This document shows, in pieces, positions 61,906 to 64,000 of a DNA stretch of 64,000 nt. Each line of letters starts with the position of its first letter. Position 1 is the first letter of the stretch. The notes beneath the pieces are model-generated. The model saw nothing but the letters and a program-made list of their open reading frames with translations. It was not told the DNA's origin and did no database searches. Source of the DNA: the human T2T-CHM13v2.0 reference genome, Homo sapiens; assembly GCF_009914755.1 (NCBI RefSeq), contig NC_060926.1. The stretch is one strand, 5' to 3'. A program made the translations under genes and the position numbers.

Positions 61906-63155
61906 TAATAAAATTGAATTTTGATTGCATTTTTCTGAGGTTTCTTAAGTTCATCTACCAAATCTGGGGTTACTCAGAACCAAACTGACTCAATAACCTC
62001 TATTAGCTCTGTAATTCCAATCACAATTTGATATTTCTGTGCTATTGTTGTATCACAGTTAATCCAGTTTATTCCAATTCTTTATCTCAGCATATCTATG
62101 TAGATATTGATAAAGTTTAAAGGAAAAAAGAGAATCTTGGCGGCACAATTTGCCTGAGACAAATTTTTTTCTTAAAGATTTTGATATTTTGTTTGTTCAA
62201 ATTACAGCAGCATAAGTTGCTTGTGTAGGGTATTTGTTCATTCAGGTAACATATTTGTAGAATTTCTACACTAGCTATTGTCATTGGCTATGATCAATGA
62301 TAGCTCTGTTCTGCCTACTGTGGAAACATAATAAATGAACAAGCTTCTCTATCTCATTTTTAAAGAAAATTTTTACATTTTTATATGGACTTGGTAATAT
62401 TACCTTGACATACAAGAGTAGAAAATTCATTAGTGGTTTAGAAAAAGTGATTATATACATTTTAGTCTGGGTAAATAAAAAGTATATATCATTACTGCCC
62501 GGGTTTCATCATCTGTCTAAATGGTTGCACTAATCACTTCTAATTACGGCACTGTAATTTTAAAGAACAACATTTTTGTTAATGTATGTCATTTTAAAGA
62601 ATATTTTGTAAATTTTCTTAAGGCCTAAGTTATCTTAAATCATGAATATATAAATATTTGAGTTAATTTTATAATTAATAATTTCCTTTAAGCAAATCAA
62701 ACAAATCAAGAACTCTAACAAATATTCATTGTGATTTTTATTGACTATCAAAAGCTACAACATTTTGGTTGATTTCCCTGGATTTTTATGTGTTTTGAAG
62801 ATATGAATCTCCTAAAGACTAGAAAGTTGCTTAAGTCTAGTGTAATGCTGGTTAATAAAATGGATATATCTTTAACTTATTGTCCCAAATAATATTTGTT
62901 GATTGAAAACCAGATAAATAAATGAGTTAAACTATGTATGGATCATTAGAAATTTACTACATTGTTCTAAGAAAAAATTTTCTTTGCTAAATTATATAGC
63001 ATATGATTATTCAGTTCTGTATTTAATGCTTTACTTATAGTTTAAGATTTCTATTGATTTTCTCCTGTGTAATCACGATGTTGGCACCTTTAGTAAGTTT
63101 GCTCTTTGAAAACATAACCTTACATAACATGCTGAAACGTATTTTCTTTTTTAAG

Positions 63156-63244
63156 GAAAAAATGAGGAAATATCAACAGACTGAAAATATGTTTTCAGAG
63201 GCATAGAATCTTCAGGAAAATACTGGAGTTCCTGAGATCTCAAG
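63156..63244 (+). other. CSRNP3: 89-nt 5' UTR exon 3 of long CSRNP3 transcript; carries the uORF stop
   Basis: Strong acceptor attttcttttttAAG| and donor CAAG|GTTAGC (63245); 89-nt size agrees with my recollection of the annotation; TAG at 63204-63206 in frame with ATG 40073. Confidence 0.65.
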
Positions 63245-64000
63245 GTTAGCAGTTTATACATTATTATTCTCATGCTTTTACAGATTTGGGATATAATCTG
63301 TGCATCTGTTTCAAGTTTCTAATGTGTAATTGGAAATGGTCTTACTTAAAATATGTGTTTTAAACGAAGTCTCCTCAAGATTTTAAAAAATCCATTTATA
63401 TCAGACATACAGTATTTAGTTTCATTAGGGACAATAAAAAGTTGTCTTAATAGAGAACTACTGGTTCTTATAATTTGCTTCATTTTAAAGGGTAGCACTA
63501 TTAGCATAAAAATAAACATTTGACATTTCTATAAATTTTTCTTTCTGATTGTTAAATATAAACCTATTTAGTGAATTTTTCATTTCTTTTGTATCTTTGG
63601 CTGCAAAATGCACACATATACACGTAGTTTAGAAGGATAGCTAATCAGCAATCCTTCTGAAATTCCTTGAATTCCATTTCCTGACTTTTTTTAACTACAG
63701 CCAAATAAATAATGCTATCATTGGAAAGTGTGGCTTCGATAAAATGACAATTAATATGAAGGAACAGGAGGATCTTGGGAATCTTTTCTAAGTTGTTTAG
63801 GATGATATAACTGGAAAAGAAGAATAAGCCTACCCATTATTAAGCAGCTTATTATAATAACAAATTAATGTACAATATTCATTTAGAAGTTATAAATGTA
63901 GGTTAAAGTGGTTTAGTCTAATTGGATACCTTGAAAAAGTAGATGATTTTTGATGTGTTTATATTGTGGGACCCAATATCAACTATTCATAATTTTAAAT

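Overview
AT-rich, repeat-dense primate (almost certainly human) genomic DNA, with no prokaryotic features. The + strand carries what I recognise from memory as the 5' end of the long CSRNP3 (FAM130A2) transcript: a short first exon ending at 15032, a 170-nt exon (40050-40219) and an 89-nt exon (63156-63244). The true CDS lies downstream, outside the window. The most unusual element is the 170-nt exon. It looks like a diverged copy of CSRNP3's own first coding exon with an apparent 1-nt deletion, and when spliced to the 89-nt exon it forms a 65-codon upstream ORF encoding an altered CSRNP3 N-terminus. Intron 1 holds a full-length (~6.03 kb), sense-oriented L1PA2-type LINE-1 with an 11-bp TSD and uninterrupted ORF0, ORF1 and ORF2, but with suspicious RT-motif substitutions (A604D, Y768N). 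The rest is Alu, old L1, L2, MIR, MER5, MaLR/ERVL LTR remnants, microsatellites and a few small local duplications. Gene identity, subfamily names and consensus comparisons come from recall, not from a search. Old-repeat boundaries are approximate.
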